A stretch of 62,932 nt of DNA, filler included, from Candidatus Fermentibacterota bacterium (GCA_016928395.1; 6 parts of 6 records of this genome joined end to end with filler, not necessarily neighbours in it); one strand, 5' to 3'. Positions 48,188 to 59,501 are shown, counted from the whole stretch's first letter. Notes: generated from the letters alone by a model not told the origin. Numbers and translations: made by a program.

Positions 48188-49858
48188 ATGACCGCATTCG
48201 TCATCGAATCGCTGCGCGCCGACATCGTCGGCCGCGACGCCGCCTTCGCGACCCCTTTCGGCCCGCGCCACTTGTTCTACGCCGACTACACCGCCTCGGG
48301 CCGCGCTCTCTGGATGGTCGAGAAGCGGATCGCCGCGATCCTGCGCTCCTACGCCAACACCCACACTGAGGATGACCATACCGGCAGTTACATGACGCGG
48401 TTGCTCCACGAGGCCGAAGCGCGCATCAAACGGCTGGTCAATGCGGGGCCCGATGGGAAGATCGTGCCGGTCGGCGCCGGCACCACCGGGGCGCTCCAGC
48501 GCCTGCAGGAGATGATGGGCATCTACATTCCGCCGGTGACCCGCGATCGGATCTACCGGACGGTCGAACGGCTCAGCTGCGAGTCGTGCTCGATACTCGA
48601 AAAGATCGAGGAGGCTACGCCGGTCGTCTTCGTCGGCCCATACGAACACCACACCAACGAACTGATGTGGCGGGAGGCCTTCGCCAAGACTGTGGTCATC
48701 GGACTCGACGCGGCGGGGATGATCGACCTCGCCGCGCTCGAGCGGGCGCTGGCCGACCCGCGCTGGGAGGGACGTGTCAAGATCGCCTCGTTCTCGGCCG
48801 GCTCCAACATTACCGGCGTCCGGACGAAGGTCTACGACATCGCGCGGATCTGCCACCGCCACGATGCCTACATCTTCTTCGATTTCGCGGCGGTCGCCCC
48901 CTATGTCGAGATCGACATGAACCGCGACGTGGATTGCTACTTCGACGCGATCGTCTTCTCGCCGCACAAATTCATTGGCGGACCCGGCTCGTGCGGCATC
49001 CTCGTCTTCAACAAGCGCATCTACCGCGACGACCTGCCGCCCACCGCGGCGGGCGGAGGCACGGTCGACTATGTCGGCTATGAGTACCACGATTTCACCC
49101 GCGACATCGAGACGCGCGAGACGGCGGGGACCCCGCCGATACTCCAGACGCTCCGCGCGGCGCTCGCGATGGAGGTGAAAGAGCGGGTCGGTGTCGCGAC
49201 GATAGAGCGCATCGAACGCGAACACCTGCGTCGCTTCATAGACGGGCTCGCCGCCATCCCCGGCGCCCAACTGCTGGGCGATATCCCGGCCGACGACCGG
49301 ATCGCAATCGTCTCGTTCAATCTTGCCCACCGTGACCGCATCCTTCACCCGCGCTTCGTGACCCGGCTGATGAACGATCTGTTCGGCATCCAGTCGCGCG
49401 CCGGCTGTTCGTGCGCCGGTCCCTATGGCCATCAACTGCTCGACATCGACAACGAAACCTCGCTCAAGTACCGCGATTTGATCCGGCGCGGCATCTGCGG
49501 GCTCAAACCGGGCTGGGTGCGGATCAATCTCCACTACACCTTCACCGACGCCGACATCGACTTCCTCCTCGCCGCGATACGCTTCACCGCCGAGCGCGGC
49601 CACGAATTTCTGCGCGACTACCACTTCGACCTCACCACCGCCGAATGGCGGCACCGCAAGGATCGGAAACGGGAGGTCGCCTGTTCGCTCGACGCTCCCT
49701 CACCCCGCGGGAAGGTCAACCTGAAGAAACTCGAAGAACTGCGCATGGGCTATCTTGCGGCTGCGCAGTCAGAGGCAGACCGCCTCGCGGCGCTTCCCGC
49801 CCCCGTTTACCGCACCGACAACGCCGAGCTCGAGGCGCTCAAGTATTTCTACTACTGA
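48188..49858 (+). CDS. Class V PLP-dependent aminotransferase (cysteine desulfurase-like)
   Basis: YADYTASGR, YANTHTE, EHHTN, SPHKFIGGPG, R.GCSCAGPYGH. Confidence 0.92.
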   Translation: MTAFVIESLRADIVGRDAAFATPFGPRHLFYADYTASGRALWMVEKRIAAILRSYANTHTEDDHTGSYMTRLLHEAEARIKRLVNAGPDGKIVPVGAGTTGALQRLQEMMGIYIPPVTRDRIYRTVERLSCESCSILEKIEEATPVVFVGPYEHHTNELMWREAFAKTVVIGLDAAGMIDLAALERALADPRWEGRVKIASFSAGSNITGVRTKVYDIARICHRHDAYIFFDFAAVAPYVEIDMNRDVDCYFDAIVFSPHKFIGGPGSCGILVFNKRIYRDDLPPTAAGGGTVDYVGYEYHDFTRDIETRETAGTPPILQTLRAALAMEVKERVGVATIERIEREHLRRFIDGLAAIPGAQLLGDIPADDRIAIVSFNLAHRDRILHPRFVTRLMNDLFGIQSRAGCSCAGPYGHQLLDIDNETSLKYRDLIRRGICGLKPGWVRINLHYTFTDADIDFLLAAIRFTAERGHEFLRDYHFDLTTAEWRHRKDRKREVACSLDAPSPRGKVNLKKLEELRMGYLAAAQSEADRLAALPAPVYRTDNAELEALKYFYY

Positions 49859-50163
49859 AGCTTACTTCACAAAACAGCACCAAGATGAAAGGGAGCCAAG
49901 TCTACGCTTTCTCCGCCCATGCGAGGGAACAACTGGGGCGAGGTGTCGGCCGATTCGGCGACACCTCGGTCGGTGGCTCGGGCCGGACTTCGTTGTACTA
50001 CTAGTCAAGAACGTTTCAGCGAGGCGTGTCGTTACAGAACTGTTATGGGGAATGGTTCTCAGTTATGCAATGATGCGATCCAGAGGTCAGATGTGGTCGT
50101 GTGTACCACTGGTCTATATCGAGAATAGTGATGCGGGCGGGGTATTGATCACCAGATGGGGCT

Positions 50164-50201
50164 TCGCCGGGCTGTCAGGAGAGCCTGGTGCGCCTGCCTG
50201 C
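50164..50201 (+). repeat. 38-bp repeat, copy 1
   Basis: TCGCCGGGCTGTCAGGAGAGCCTGGTGCGCCTGCCTGC, identical to 54086-54123. Confidence 0.85.
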
Positions 50202-50758
50202 GAAGTAGGCTGACTGCCGATTGGAGATTGCCGGCTGCCGACTCCTCAACCAGACTTCTTGCGTTCATCCGCCACTGGTGTGCGTTCTCCGCACTCCGAA
50301 TTCCCCATTCCGAAATCGAATGGCCGTTGACTCCTCAATTGGGCTTCCTGCGCTGCACTCCTCACTCCTATCTCCTCACTCCTCACTCGATGTTGTATGG
50401 CGCACTCCACCTGCGCCGGTTAGACCGGCCTCTGGCACCCCGAGTGGCCCGCCTGACCAGTCCCGAAATTCTGGACTCAAGCTTTGACCCTGCGGGGTCC
50501 TCTCGAGCACCTCAGGCGGAGAGAACAGATTTGACCCTGCGGCGTAGCCTCCCGCCTCATTCGGGAGGGAAGAAGAGATCCTTTTCAGATCGGCCGAAGA
50601 AGTGTCACTTGGAAACGGCGTTGACAAGGGTCTCGCAAGAACGTGAAGACTCGCTTCCGTGGTACACTCTGTCCGTGAGATGCTGGGGCGCCAAAGACGT
50701 GCATCCCGCCTGGGCATGGCCGCGGGATTGCCGTCTGCATTGTCTGCCGGGAGGCATC

Positions 50759-53152
50759 TCAGAACATGCGGGCGATACTGACGCGCCCGAACCACGCATC
50801 GTCCCCCAGGGGTGTGGAGAGATCCACGCGAACCATACCCAGAATCCCATTGACGGAAACGCCCAGCTCGTGATGGAACTCGTCTTTGTAGGAGGGCAGG
50901 TACGCCATGCTCGCGAGTCGTTCCTCACAGATCCAGGTTCGGCCTGATGCCCCGGTGAGCACAAGGCTGATGTTGTTGCGGACCAGACTCCTCAATCCGA
51001 GGATCTCGAACGGCACCGTACGCAGGTTGTACTCCCAGAACACGCCGAAGTAGTCTTCGCCCTCCAGCGGCTTCGCCCGCAGCGTCTTGAATGAACCGAA
51101 AGGGGAGACGATCCCGAAGCTCGTATCGAGAGCGCCAAATCGCTGCAACGGCAGGGTACCGCGGGTCGTTCCCGCGATGATTCGGACGTCGAGCACCTGG
51201 GGCAGAGGTCTCCTCGTGAGGAACGTGGGCAGACGCCAGTCCACCTGCAGGTGGTAGCGCGTGAAGTCGAATTCGCTGGCCAGGATCTCGGGTGAGCTGT
51301 GCTCCACCTGGAACTTCACGGAACGCCGTCCGACAGCACCCCACGATTCTCCCGATTCGCCCGCCACAAGGGATGCTTCCACGGATCTCAGCCGCCCTTC
51401 GCCGATTCCGGGATTCTCCCTACGCGTCGCGTTCCGGCCCCAAATGTTCCACTCACTGGCCTGCTCCAATGACCCGTGCTCCTCGGCCCTCACGCCTAAT
51501 GCAAGGTGGCTTCCAAGGAACCCTGGCATAGAGGAGAACGCCACGGTCCCGCCGTCGATTCGGTAATAGTCGAAGTAGTCTGCGTAGCCCAGCACGGTCA
51601 GCACGCTGTTGTCCACGAAGCCGTGGAGTTCCGATGATTGGCGCACTGCGGTTCCCGCGTAGTAGCAACCCTCAACGTTCAGGGCTCCCCCAGGGATGAG
51701 ATCATATCGAAGCGTGCCACCATAGGCCCAGTCTTTTCGTCCCGTCCGGTAGCCGCCTCGAAGAATCAGGGCGAGACGGGATCCCAGGCTGCGCTTCGAT
51801 TCCGCGCCGACATGGAGACCGTCCACCCGATTGTACCAAAGAACCGGCTGAAGACCCTCGAAGAGGTGCAACCCACGGTGCGTGCCTCGACTTCCGGATT
51901 CGGCCGGATGATGGTCCCCGTTCTCGCCTGTCTTCACCTCGGTCTTGGCGAACCGGGCGAGAAAACCGCGAGGTTGGAATGCCTTCTCCAGGGTCATAGT
52001 GCTGTCGATGGCGGCATACGCGGCAAGCTCCTCATGGGACAAAGGGATCGTGCGCAGCGTCTCGATGGGCGCCTGGCACGCAATGCGGGCCGAGTCGGGG
52101 CGCGCGGGATCATCGTCACGATAGAGCGAATCTGGCACGGGCACGTTCACGCGGTAGTCAGAGATGGCAGAGATCTGCCGCATCCCGATGGTCGGCACCT
52201 CCAGCCCGACCATGCTGATCCGAATGCTGCCATCGAGCCGCACATCCACCGGCAGCCAGAACTCCTTCCCAAAATCGCTGAACTGCTGGCGGCAGGAGAC
52301 ATCGAATCTCTTGATCGGCCAGGGAAAGGGGAGATCGGGATTGAGCTTCAGATCGGCATCGATAAGGGCGAACTCCTCGTCGAGAACCGACACGCGGCCG
52401 ATCATGGTCGGCTGCAGTTTTCCCGTCGGGGTCACTGAGATGTCGAACACCAGCCGCTCGTCGACAAACCGCTGCCCCTCCAACCTGAACTCATAGTGGG
52501 AAAACGCGTCAGGATGGGTGACCCCGATGACCCGGAATCCCATCATCTCGATATCGTCATCATAGAGATTGGGCAGGATGCTGGCGACCGGGATGACCTC
52601 ATCGGGGGTGAAGTTCGCGGCGTGATGCGACGCGGTGACCAGTTCCCTGATGCCCCTCTTGCTGTCCCAGAAGACATCCGAGGTGCTCTCGCTGATCGTG
52701 ACAATGCCGTCCTCGTTCTCCAGCAGGAACCGGCCGTAGGCCTGGGCGCGATAGGTGTTCAGCCGGGGGCGCCACTGCTGCTTGCACGCGATGACTCGCC
52801 TCATGATGCCGACCGCCGGATCTTCTCCTATGATTGTGATGGGTTCGATCTCCAGCGCCGTCGGTTCGAGGAAGACATCTTGATGGGCAGAGGAATCTCC
52901 CGTGATCACGATCTCCCGGGAAAGATAGCCGATGTAGCGAACCAGAATCGCTGAGGGCACCTGCTCAACCACAAGGACATACGCACCGTCGTCGTTCGAT
53001 ATGGTCCCCATGTAGGTGCCTGCGATCTGGATGTTCGCGGCAGGCAGGGGTGTGTTCGTTTCCCGATCCCGAATAGTGCCATGGATCACCATCGCGTGAG
53101 CCACCCCGACCATGGTGAACATCCCCGCGAATGCCCCGGCAAGCAATCTCAT
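50759..53152 (-). CDS. Carboxypeptidase-regulatory-like plus DUF5686 outer-membrane beta-barrel protein
   Basis: Signal peptide; G.I.D..T..PLP.ANI; YIGY; YNRVDG; C-terminal Phe. Confidence 0.85.
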   Translation of the reverse strand: MRLLAGAFAGMFTMVGVAHAMVIHGTIRDRETNTPLPAANIQIAGTYMGTISNDDGAYVLVVEQVPSAILVRYIGYLSREIVITGDSSAHQDVFLEPTALEIEPITIIGEDPAVGIMRRVIACKQQWRPRLNTYRAQAYGRFLLENEDGIVTISESTSDVFWDSKRGIRELVTASHHAANFTPDEVIPVASILPNLYDDDIEMMGFRVIGVTHPDAFSHYEFRLEGQRFVDERLVFDISVTPTGKLQPTMIGRVSVLDEEFALIDADLKLNPDLPFPWPIKRFDVSCRQQFSDFGKEFWLPVDVRLDGSIRISMVGLEVPTIGMRQISAISDYRVNVPVPDSLYRDDDPARPDSARIACQAPIETLRTIPLSHEELAAYAAIDSTMTLEKAFQPRGFLARFAKTEVKTGENGDHHPAESGSRGTHRGLHLFEGLQPVLWYNRVDGLHVGAESKRSLGSRLALILRGGYRTGRKDWAYGGTLRYDLIPGGALNVEGCYYAGTAVRQSSELHGFVDNSVLTVLGYADYFDYYRIDGGTVAFSSMPGFLGSHLALGVRAEEHGSLEQASEWNIWGRNATRRENPGIGEGRLRSVEASLVAGESGESWGAVGRRSVKFQVEHSSPEILASEFDFTRYHLQVDWRLPTFLTRRPLPQVLDVRIIAGTTRGTLPLQRFGALDTSFGIVSPFGSFKTLRAKPLEGEDYFGVFWEYNLRTVPFEILGLRSLVRNNISLVLTGASGRTWICEERLASMAYLPSYKDEFHHELGVSVNGILGMVRVDLSTPLGDDAWFGRVSIARMF

Positions 53153-54085
53153 CGGTAGACCTCCTCGTGTGTCGAGTCCGGGCGAGCGCCTGGTCTTCAG
53201 GCTATAATACACGCACGTCCCCTGAGACAGGTTCCCCCTCAAGGTACTCAGTCTGCCGTCGCCATGCAGGGCCCAGATACCATGCCTGCTGATTCACAGA
53301 CGACACATGCGCTCCTCGTACGCTGCTCACAATGACATCGTATCAAGTCAATGAACATGCGCACCGTAGACGGGCAGTGTGCCCAAGAGGTCATGATCAA
53401 TGATGACGCTCAGCATGAACCCCGATATAGAGCTGCAGAGAATGCGGTTCTCCTCACTCCGAGAGGCACAGGCCGTCTGGCAGGTGCTCTTTCACCCAGC
53501 AAGTTGGCATTGGGCCAATGTCCCGAGACCGGACCCTCAGAGAGAAGCAGAGGCCGCCCGAAGGCGGCCTCGCGCCCACCGTCGAAACGAATGGGGTGGT
53601 GGCGGTCGCATGGTAGATGAGAGCGGTCGCTTGTCAAGAAGCCGGTGCGGTTGGGGACCGCTCAATGCTCGCTGCGACTCACTCAAGGGCTCACTATTCG
53701 GCCCGCACGTGCCCCTATGGGCGCTTCAGCCGAGACATTACTACCCTCGCCGCATGCCGCGCCGGTGCCTGCGCGGCAGACAGGTGGTCTTCGGCTGGCT
53801 TCTCCCCTCTTTCAGCTCCGCACTGCCCTTGATGCGTAGGATTCCCCCGCATCGCGGGCCGTGGGAGTGACTTCATCATGATCTTCCCGGTTTCGGACTT
53901 CGTGCGTCGAGCTTCGGATTTCCCGCGTAGCGGGCCGACTCTTCCATTCGCTCCACCTCGCCGACTATTCGGCGCTTTCCAACAGTCCCAAGACCGGTCT
54001 CGGTGTCCGTTCGCGGGAGAGAGTGGCAGGCATCGGATATTCCAGGCACGGAGTATTCCGAGCCTGGAATATCAGCCTCCTCGCG

Positions 54086-54123
54086 TCGCCGGGCTGTCAG
54101 GAGAGCCTGGTGCGCCTGCCTGC
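54086..54123 (+). repeat. 38-bp repeat, copy 2
   Basis: Identical to 50164-50201; runs into the palindrome CCTGCCTGCCGCAGGCAGG. Confidence 0.85.
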
Positions 54124-54182
54124 CGCAGGCAGGTAACGAAAGGCGCTCTCGTCGCGGTGCAGATTCAGCGGAGGCTGATGCC

Positions 54183-54282
54183 NNNNNNNNNNNNNNNNNN
54201 NNNNNNNNNNNNNNNNNNNNNNNNNNTTAATTAATTAANNNNNNNNNNNNNNNNNNNNNNNNNNNNNNNNNNNNNNNNNNNN
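54183..54282. other. Artificial contig spacer
   Basis: N44-TTAATTAATTAA-N44. Confidence 0.99.
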
Positions 54283-55359
54283 CACGACGGGCGCCATCAG
54301 GAACCGCGCGCCCATGGTCAGGCCTGGCAGCAGGCCACACGCATCCAACAGAAGCAAAATGACGCCGCCGACAGCGGCAGCCAACGCCACCGGCTTCAGT
54401 CTGCGCGCCACGAACGGTATGGTCAACGCCGCCACCCAGCATGCCATGGTTCCGTAGACGGGCAGACCGAGCCGAAGTATGGGTGAGTCGTAGGCGATGA
54501 GCCGGGAGAACCGTAGTGGTTCGCCGATTACGGCATTGAGCACGGGACTTGCACCCAGAGTCAGGGCAAAGGGCGCCAGCACAACGATGCAGGCAAGGGC
54601 ACACCCGGTCACGGCCGCGAGTAATGACCGGAAGGAGTTCTGATGAGGGTTCCGCCACATCAGCACGGCGAGAACGGCCCCCAGCGGAAGCAGGAACTGC
54701 ACAAGGCTCTCCGCGGGAGGCATGCTACGCAGGAGCCACGCCATCACCGCCATGGATCCGAGACCGACCGCCATGCGAACCAGGCGGGAGCATCCCGAGG
54801 CGTAGACCGCCGCCAGCGCCAGAGACGACAGCGCTCCCACATTGATCTTCGTCATCATGGAGAGCCCCACCAGAAGGCCCGCGGCAAAGGCGGACCGATG
54901 TGATCGCCATCGCAGCACAATGGCCAACGCGCCCATGGAGAGGACCATGGCTTCCCATGCCGGATACCCGGAGTTGTAGGAGGGAACGCCGAACGTGAGG
55001 AAGAGGACGCCGGCCGTCACTGCGGCACGGGATCCACCAAGGCGACTGGCAGCGGAGGCAACAAGGGCCAACGTCAGTGTTCCGGTTGCCACCAAGGCCA
55101 GCCGAATGGCTGCGAGGCTGGGGCCGAAGATCCAAAAGGCCAGCGCGTGCCAGTAGAACGAGAGGGGCGTATACTGCACCCATACGTCACGGTAGATGAC
55201 CCGGCCCTGGGTAACCTGAAGGGCGTGCCATGCCCGCTGTGCTTCGTCCGGGGCCAGCGCCGACCAACCCTCGGGGCTCAGGAAATAGGCCCTGAGGCCC
55301 ATGAGCACCGCCATCCCGGCGAGGGTCACCAGCGCAACGGTCATGGACCCGGGCCTCAC
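54283..55359 (-). CDS. GT-C fold (ArnT/GT39-like) membrane glycosyltransferase (3' truncated)
   Basis: PDE...A.....G...YRD....Y.PL; multiple TMs; TK motif. Confidence 0.75.
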
Positions 55360-57545
55360 GGCGTGGGGGCCGCCGCAACACCCCAGTAGTCACCGGTCTT
55401 CGAGGAGACGTGGTGCAGAATGGTGCCCTCCCAATCCGCCACCATCAGCCCGAACCGGCGGCCCTGCGGCGGCCTGGCGCTGCCCACGACGAGCTTGACC
55501 GGGGGCACGAGAGTCGCACCCAGCAGCCGCTGCGGCAGATCGACGATGGTCGTGGTCTCGCCGCGGGATAGGCGAACCAGACTCTGTGTCATGCCGGTCT
55601 GGGAGAGAAAGAGGAGGTCATCCCCATCCCATGCCGGTGCACTGAGGTCCTGGTCGGCGGCTCCGATCTCGCTGACGATGTGTCGCCTAAGATGCACCAC
55701 GAACAGTCTGTTTCTCGGCGGCTGCTCCTCCCGCTCGATCGCCACATACGCCAGAGAGGCCCCGTCGCCGGAGACTGCGGCCTGCCGGGGGTCAAAGGGA
55801 GGCAGATCGATCCACGGCTCCCCGGCATCGATTCCCGGAAGAACCCGGCCGAGTCGCCAGCCGTCTCCCGCGGGGGCAAAATACCCCACGGTGTCGCCAA
55901 TCCAGAATGGACACCGGGCTCCCATGGTTGCGGGGATAGGCTCGGCGAGGCCGCCTTCATGTTGTAGGAGGAGCCACCGTCCTCGATCGGCTGTCACGCA
56001 CGACGCAGCCAGACTGCCCTCGGATGACCAGGATGCCCACAGCCGGGCACCCAGGAGGCTGTCGGCGACGGAGGAGGAATTGCCGTCAGTAAAGCGTACC
56101 ATCAAGCGCCAGACACGATATCCCTCCAGGTAGACCAGACGGGCGCCATCGGCCGAATAGACGGGCCATCGCTGGTAACGCTGCGCATGTGGGAGCTTCG
56201 AGGTCGTCCCCTCATGGCCCACAAGGATCAGGCGGTCGCTCTCCCTCGTGCGAAGGGTGGCGGCGATATGCACCGGGGCCCCCTCGGGGGCCGCGGGCGC
56301 CGCGGCCTTGCCCCATGTGGTGAGGCCCACGGTGCCGATGGCGGCGGTGAGGACGGTCAGGGGGAATAGTAGGGCGTAGATTCGTGACCACTCTGCCCGG
56401 AAATGCTCCCGCGTCACCAAGAGGCACAGGTGCAGTGGTGAGAGCATCATCCCAACCCAGCCCCAGAGGAAGGCGATGCCCATGGCGCACGCGTACTCCA
56501 GAGGCGACGCCTGAAGAATGGTGGCGATGATGGGAAAGGTCGAACCGACAAGGCCCACCGCGATGCCGGTGACGAGCCCGCCGACCAAGGCGATGGCCGA
56601 CGCTATGGGGATCGCCGGCAGATGGGCCTGGGCAAACTCATGCTGCAGGGCCTGGGCCATGCCGCTGGCCATGATGATCTCCTTGTACGCCATCAGGGCC
56701 ACGATAAGGCCGCCCATGCTCACCATGCGGAGGTTGAGTGCATTCAGGAGAGCGACCGGCCGCTGTCGCGCACGCAGGAGGACATACCCGATGCTGAGCC
56801 AGACCGAGGCTAGAAGAAGCCAGGTGCTGTCCGGATGCCATGACGGGATGGCCACAGAGGCCGTATGGGACACCAGCACGAAGCCGGGAATGAGCAGGAT
56901 GGGGATCATCTCGCGCAGGAGTAGCCCGAACCCTCGACCGTCTCGGCGGGCGTCTCCATGGCCTGGTTTTCCCAGAATCAGTACCCAGCCCAGCACTGCG
57001 GCCACGGGAGTGAGCCACAGCAGTCTCACGGTCCACAGCGACCATGGAATGCCGGAGAGCTCAACCGCTGCGATGATGCCCGGATACAGGGGCCACCAGA
57101 ACTCCCAGGTATGACGGAACCAGTAGTTGGCCACCGCGCGGCGGGCCGGGCTGATGGAGCTGCCTGAGGCTGCCGAATCCACCAACGGAGCGCTGAACAG
57201 CGCGCCGCCCGGCATGGGGAGCAGGCCCACCAGGGCCGGCAACACGGCAACTCCGCCCCGGGCACTGCCCAGAGTCGCGCGCACCGCATCCCCCAGGCGC
57301 CGGAGCGTACCGACTCGCTGCATCAGGCCACTCAGCAGGATGATGGAATCGACGAAGAGAACGAGCCGGAGGGTGGACACAGACAGGGCGCCGCGCAGGA
57401 GTGTGTCCAGGCTGGCCTGCGGATCCATCCCCAAGACCGGTCCCGCGACCAGAGCCGTGCCCACGAAGGCGAGCCACATCGTGCCCCTGCTCGCCCGGGC
57501 GAGGATGATAAGGAGTAGGAAAAGCGCACCGACGCGTATGATCAC
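55356..57545 (-). CDS. DUF401-family membrane protein fused to a TolB-like beta-propeller
   Basis: GLLPMPGGALFSAP, NYWFRH.WE..WPLYP, LSPLHLCL; then P.YSADG..L.Y, WS.EG, PAWDGD. Confidence 0.8.
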   Translation of the reverse strand: MIIRVGALFLLLIILARASRGTMWLAFVGTALVAGPVLGMDPQASLDTLLRGALSVSTLRLVLFVDSIILLSGLMQRVGTLRRLGDAVRATLGSARGGVAVLPALVGLLPMPGGALFSAPLVDSAASGSSISPARRAVANYWFRHTWEFWWPLYPGIIAAVELSGIPWSLWTVRLLWLTPVAAVLGWVLILGKPGHGDARRDGRGFGLLLREMIPILLIPGFVLVSHTASVAIPSWHPDSTWLLLASVWLSIGYVLLRARQRPVALLNALNLRMVSMGGLIVALMAYKEIIMASGMAQALQHEFAQAHLPAIPIASAIALVGGLVTGIAVGLVGSTFPIIATILQASPLEYACAMGIAFLWGWVGMMLSPLHLCLLVTREHFRAEWSRIYALLFPLTVLTAAIGTVGLTTWGKAAAPAAPEGAPVHIAATLRTRESDRLILVGHEGTTSKLPHAQRYQRWPVYSADGARLVYLEGYRVWRLMVRFTDGNSSSVADSLLGARLWASWSSEGSLAASCVTADRGRWLLLQHEGGLAEPIPATMGARCPFWIGDTVGYFAPAGDGWRLGRVLPGIDAGEPWIDLPPFDPRQAAVSGDGASLAYVAIEREEQPPRNRLFVVHLRRHIVSEIGAADQDLSAPAWDGDDLLFLSQTGMTQSLVRLSRGETTTIVDLPQRLLGATLVPPVKLVVGSARPPQGRRFGLMVADWEGTILHHVSSKTGDYWGVAAAPTP

Positions 57546-57871
57546 GGGCGGCTCCCGGCGGGTTCAAGGCCCCGAGATGCACGATGAGTCGGCATTGTCA
57601 TGCTCCCAGTGTACGCCTGGTTGCGGGATACACGGGCGTTGATGAGAGATTATGCCCTGTGGGCAGCGACCTGGCCACGGCGCCCTCACCGAAAGCCGAA
57701 AGCTCCGGGCTCGCTAGGTCAGAACGGTGAAGTACTCGGCGGGGAGACAGTTGGCAAGGACAATCACGAAAACCGAATCGGAGGCGGGCGATGGGTCGAC
57801 CTCGTATGGCTCTGCGCTGTCCATCGCCGACGGCGCCCATGGTTTCCAGGACCGGCCGACACGTCCCACGG

Positions 57872-57909
57872 ATCCGGGCACTATTCTAATATTAGAATAG
57901 TGCCCGGAT
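57872..57909. repeat. Perfect 38-bp palindrome
   Basis: ATCCGGGCACTATTCTAAT|ATTAGAATAGTGCCCGGAT. Confidence 0.85.
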
Positions 57910-57926
57910 AGATCCGAGGATGCCCT

Positions 57927-59086
57927 CTACCGAATGACAGTGACGGGCAGGGTTGTGCGAGACCCCTGTGTCTCGAAGCGGACAAGGTACGCGCCGCTGG
58001 GCATCGCGTCGGGAAGGCGGAGCGAGAGCACAGGAGGCACGAGGCCCTCCGTGTCGAAGAGCTCGTCCACCTGCCTTCCGGCCAGATCCAGGAGGACAAC
58101 ACGGAGGCCGGATCGAAGCGAAGGCGTCGCCAGTGCGGCTCGGATCTCGCCCGTGGTCGGGTTCGGCCAGAGACCCGTGATCCGCAGTACCGTGGGGGAC
58201 GGTACCTCGGCGCCAGTGATCCCGTTCACCAGATAGTCAAGTGCGGCAGCCAGAAACTCCCGCCGGGTGTTCACCGAGGGGTTGTTGTCTACCACGGCCT
58301 CGACCCCGAAGCCGACGAAGAGGACACGGGCGTCGCCCCACTCCCTGCGCACTGCGGCCGGGTGGCCGGTCTGATACGTGAGACAGACCTCCGCGTCACC
58401 GGTGACCTGGAGGCGGTCGCGGCTCGTCTGATTGTTCGCTCCGTCGAAGCCATAGCCGGAGGTGGCGAACTTGAGCCCGTCGAATACCGGGTCGGCCTCC
58501 ACCCCGAAGATCCCCGAGAGGTTCTCTCTGCCGTCCCACGCGATGCCTACCTCGGCCAGGAGCGCCTGGCCTTCGGAGAAGGTGCCCAGGCTCTCCGCGA
58601 CATCCTGGCCGGAGAGCAGGAGGTGCCCCCCCCCATCCAAAATGGCGTGGACCCGGGCCACATCCGCCTCATCCAGGGTATTGCCCACATCGCCGGTCAG
58701 CCAGAGCACGGCGTCGTAGGGGTCGAAATCGAGCTCCGCCAGCGGATAGGCCGGAAACAGGCCGAGGCCGTCGTCCCAGACGTCATAGAGCATGCCAAGG
58801 CTGTCCAAAGTGGCGGCAACATAGGCCTCCCGGTCCTGGCCGTCGTCGTCATCGAAGACCAGCAACGGCGGGGTGCCGATTTGCAGGGTGATATCGAAGA
58901 GCTGGGCTGGCGTCTCGCCTGCCGGGCCGATGGCCAGCCGTAGCGGAGCCCGGTGGTTCTCCGTCCCCGTTGCTACGTGGATCCTGATGCTCTCGGGAGG
59001 ACAGACGACCTCACCCCCGATGGTCACGGGGCCAAGCATCGCTTCGCCGTCCACGATGGTGAGGTCGGGATCGGTCGTGGTGAGCG
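57927..59086 (-). CDS. Secreted protein C-terminal part with T9SS/FlgD-like sorting domain (5' truncated)
   Basis: LVFDDDDG, YDAVLW.TG, GG.LLLSGQD; C-terminal WPNP...DLAGRQV...SGAY.VR. Confidence 0.8.
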
Positions 59087-59186
59087 NNNNNNNNNNNNNN
59101 NNNNNNNNNNNNNNNNNNNNNNNNNNNNNNTTAATTAATTAANNNNNNNNNNNNNNNNNNNNNNNNNNNNNNNNNNNNNNNNNNNN
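59087..59186. other. Artificial contig spacer
   Basis: N44-TTAATTAATTAA-N44. Confidence 0.99.
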
Positions 59187-59273
59187 CGAGAGCCAACTGC
59201 CGGCTGTACTCTCAACCCTGAGAATTCTGAGGGAGCCCGGCGTCCTCAGAGGCCGCACTGAACCCCGAACCCT
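59187..59273 (+). repeat. Multicopy repeat element (same family as 44590-44742)
   Basis: Near-identical to the reverse complement of about 44621-44707. Confidence 0.85.
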
Positions 59274-59407
59274 AAGCTGTGATTCACGCAAAGCGGCCCC
59301 AGCATCCAGCGCTACGGGACGGGCCGACGCTCACCCTCACCGCGAAACGGTGGCGCGGCGTTCCCGCCCAGGGCATGGAACGAGCGGGTGTGGTGAGGAG
59401 CACGAGC

Positions 59408-59501
59408 GTCATCACCCGGCTTGACCGGGCAATGACGGGGGGAGGGGTGGACGTTACACCATGTGTCGTCCGGACTGGCCCGGGGCCCCCACTTGTTTGA
59501 G
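59408..59501 (+). repeat. GTCA-type palindrome followed by a 49-bp repeat shared with 9296-9344
   Basis: GTCATCACCCGGCTTGACCGGGCAATGAC; 59453-59501 matches 9296-9344 at 42/49 positions. Confidence 0.65.

Noticed and set aside
48053-49654. 533-aa minus-strand ORF
   Set aside because: Antisense shadow of the motif-rich aminotransferase; the same applies to most overlapping ORFs in the track.
53351-54182. Short ORFs upstream of the DUF5686 gene
   Set aside because: No recognisable motifs or convincing RBS; the region is repeat-rich.
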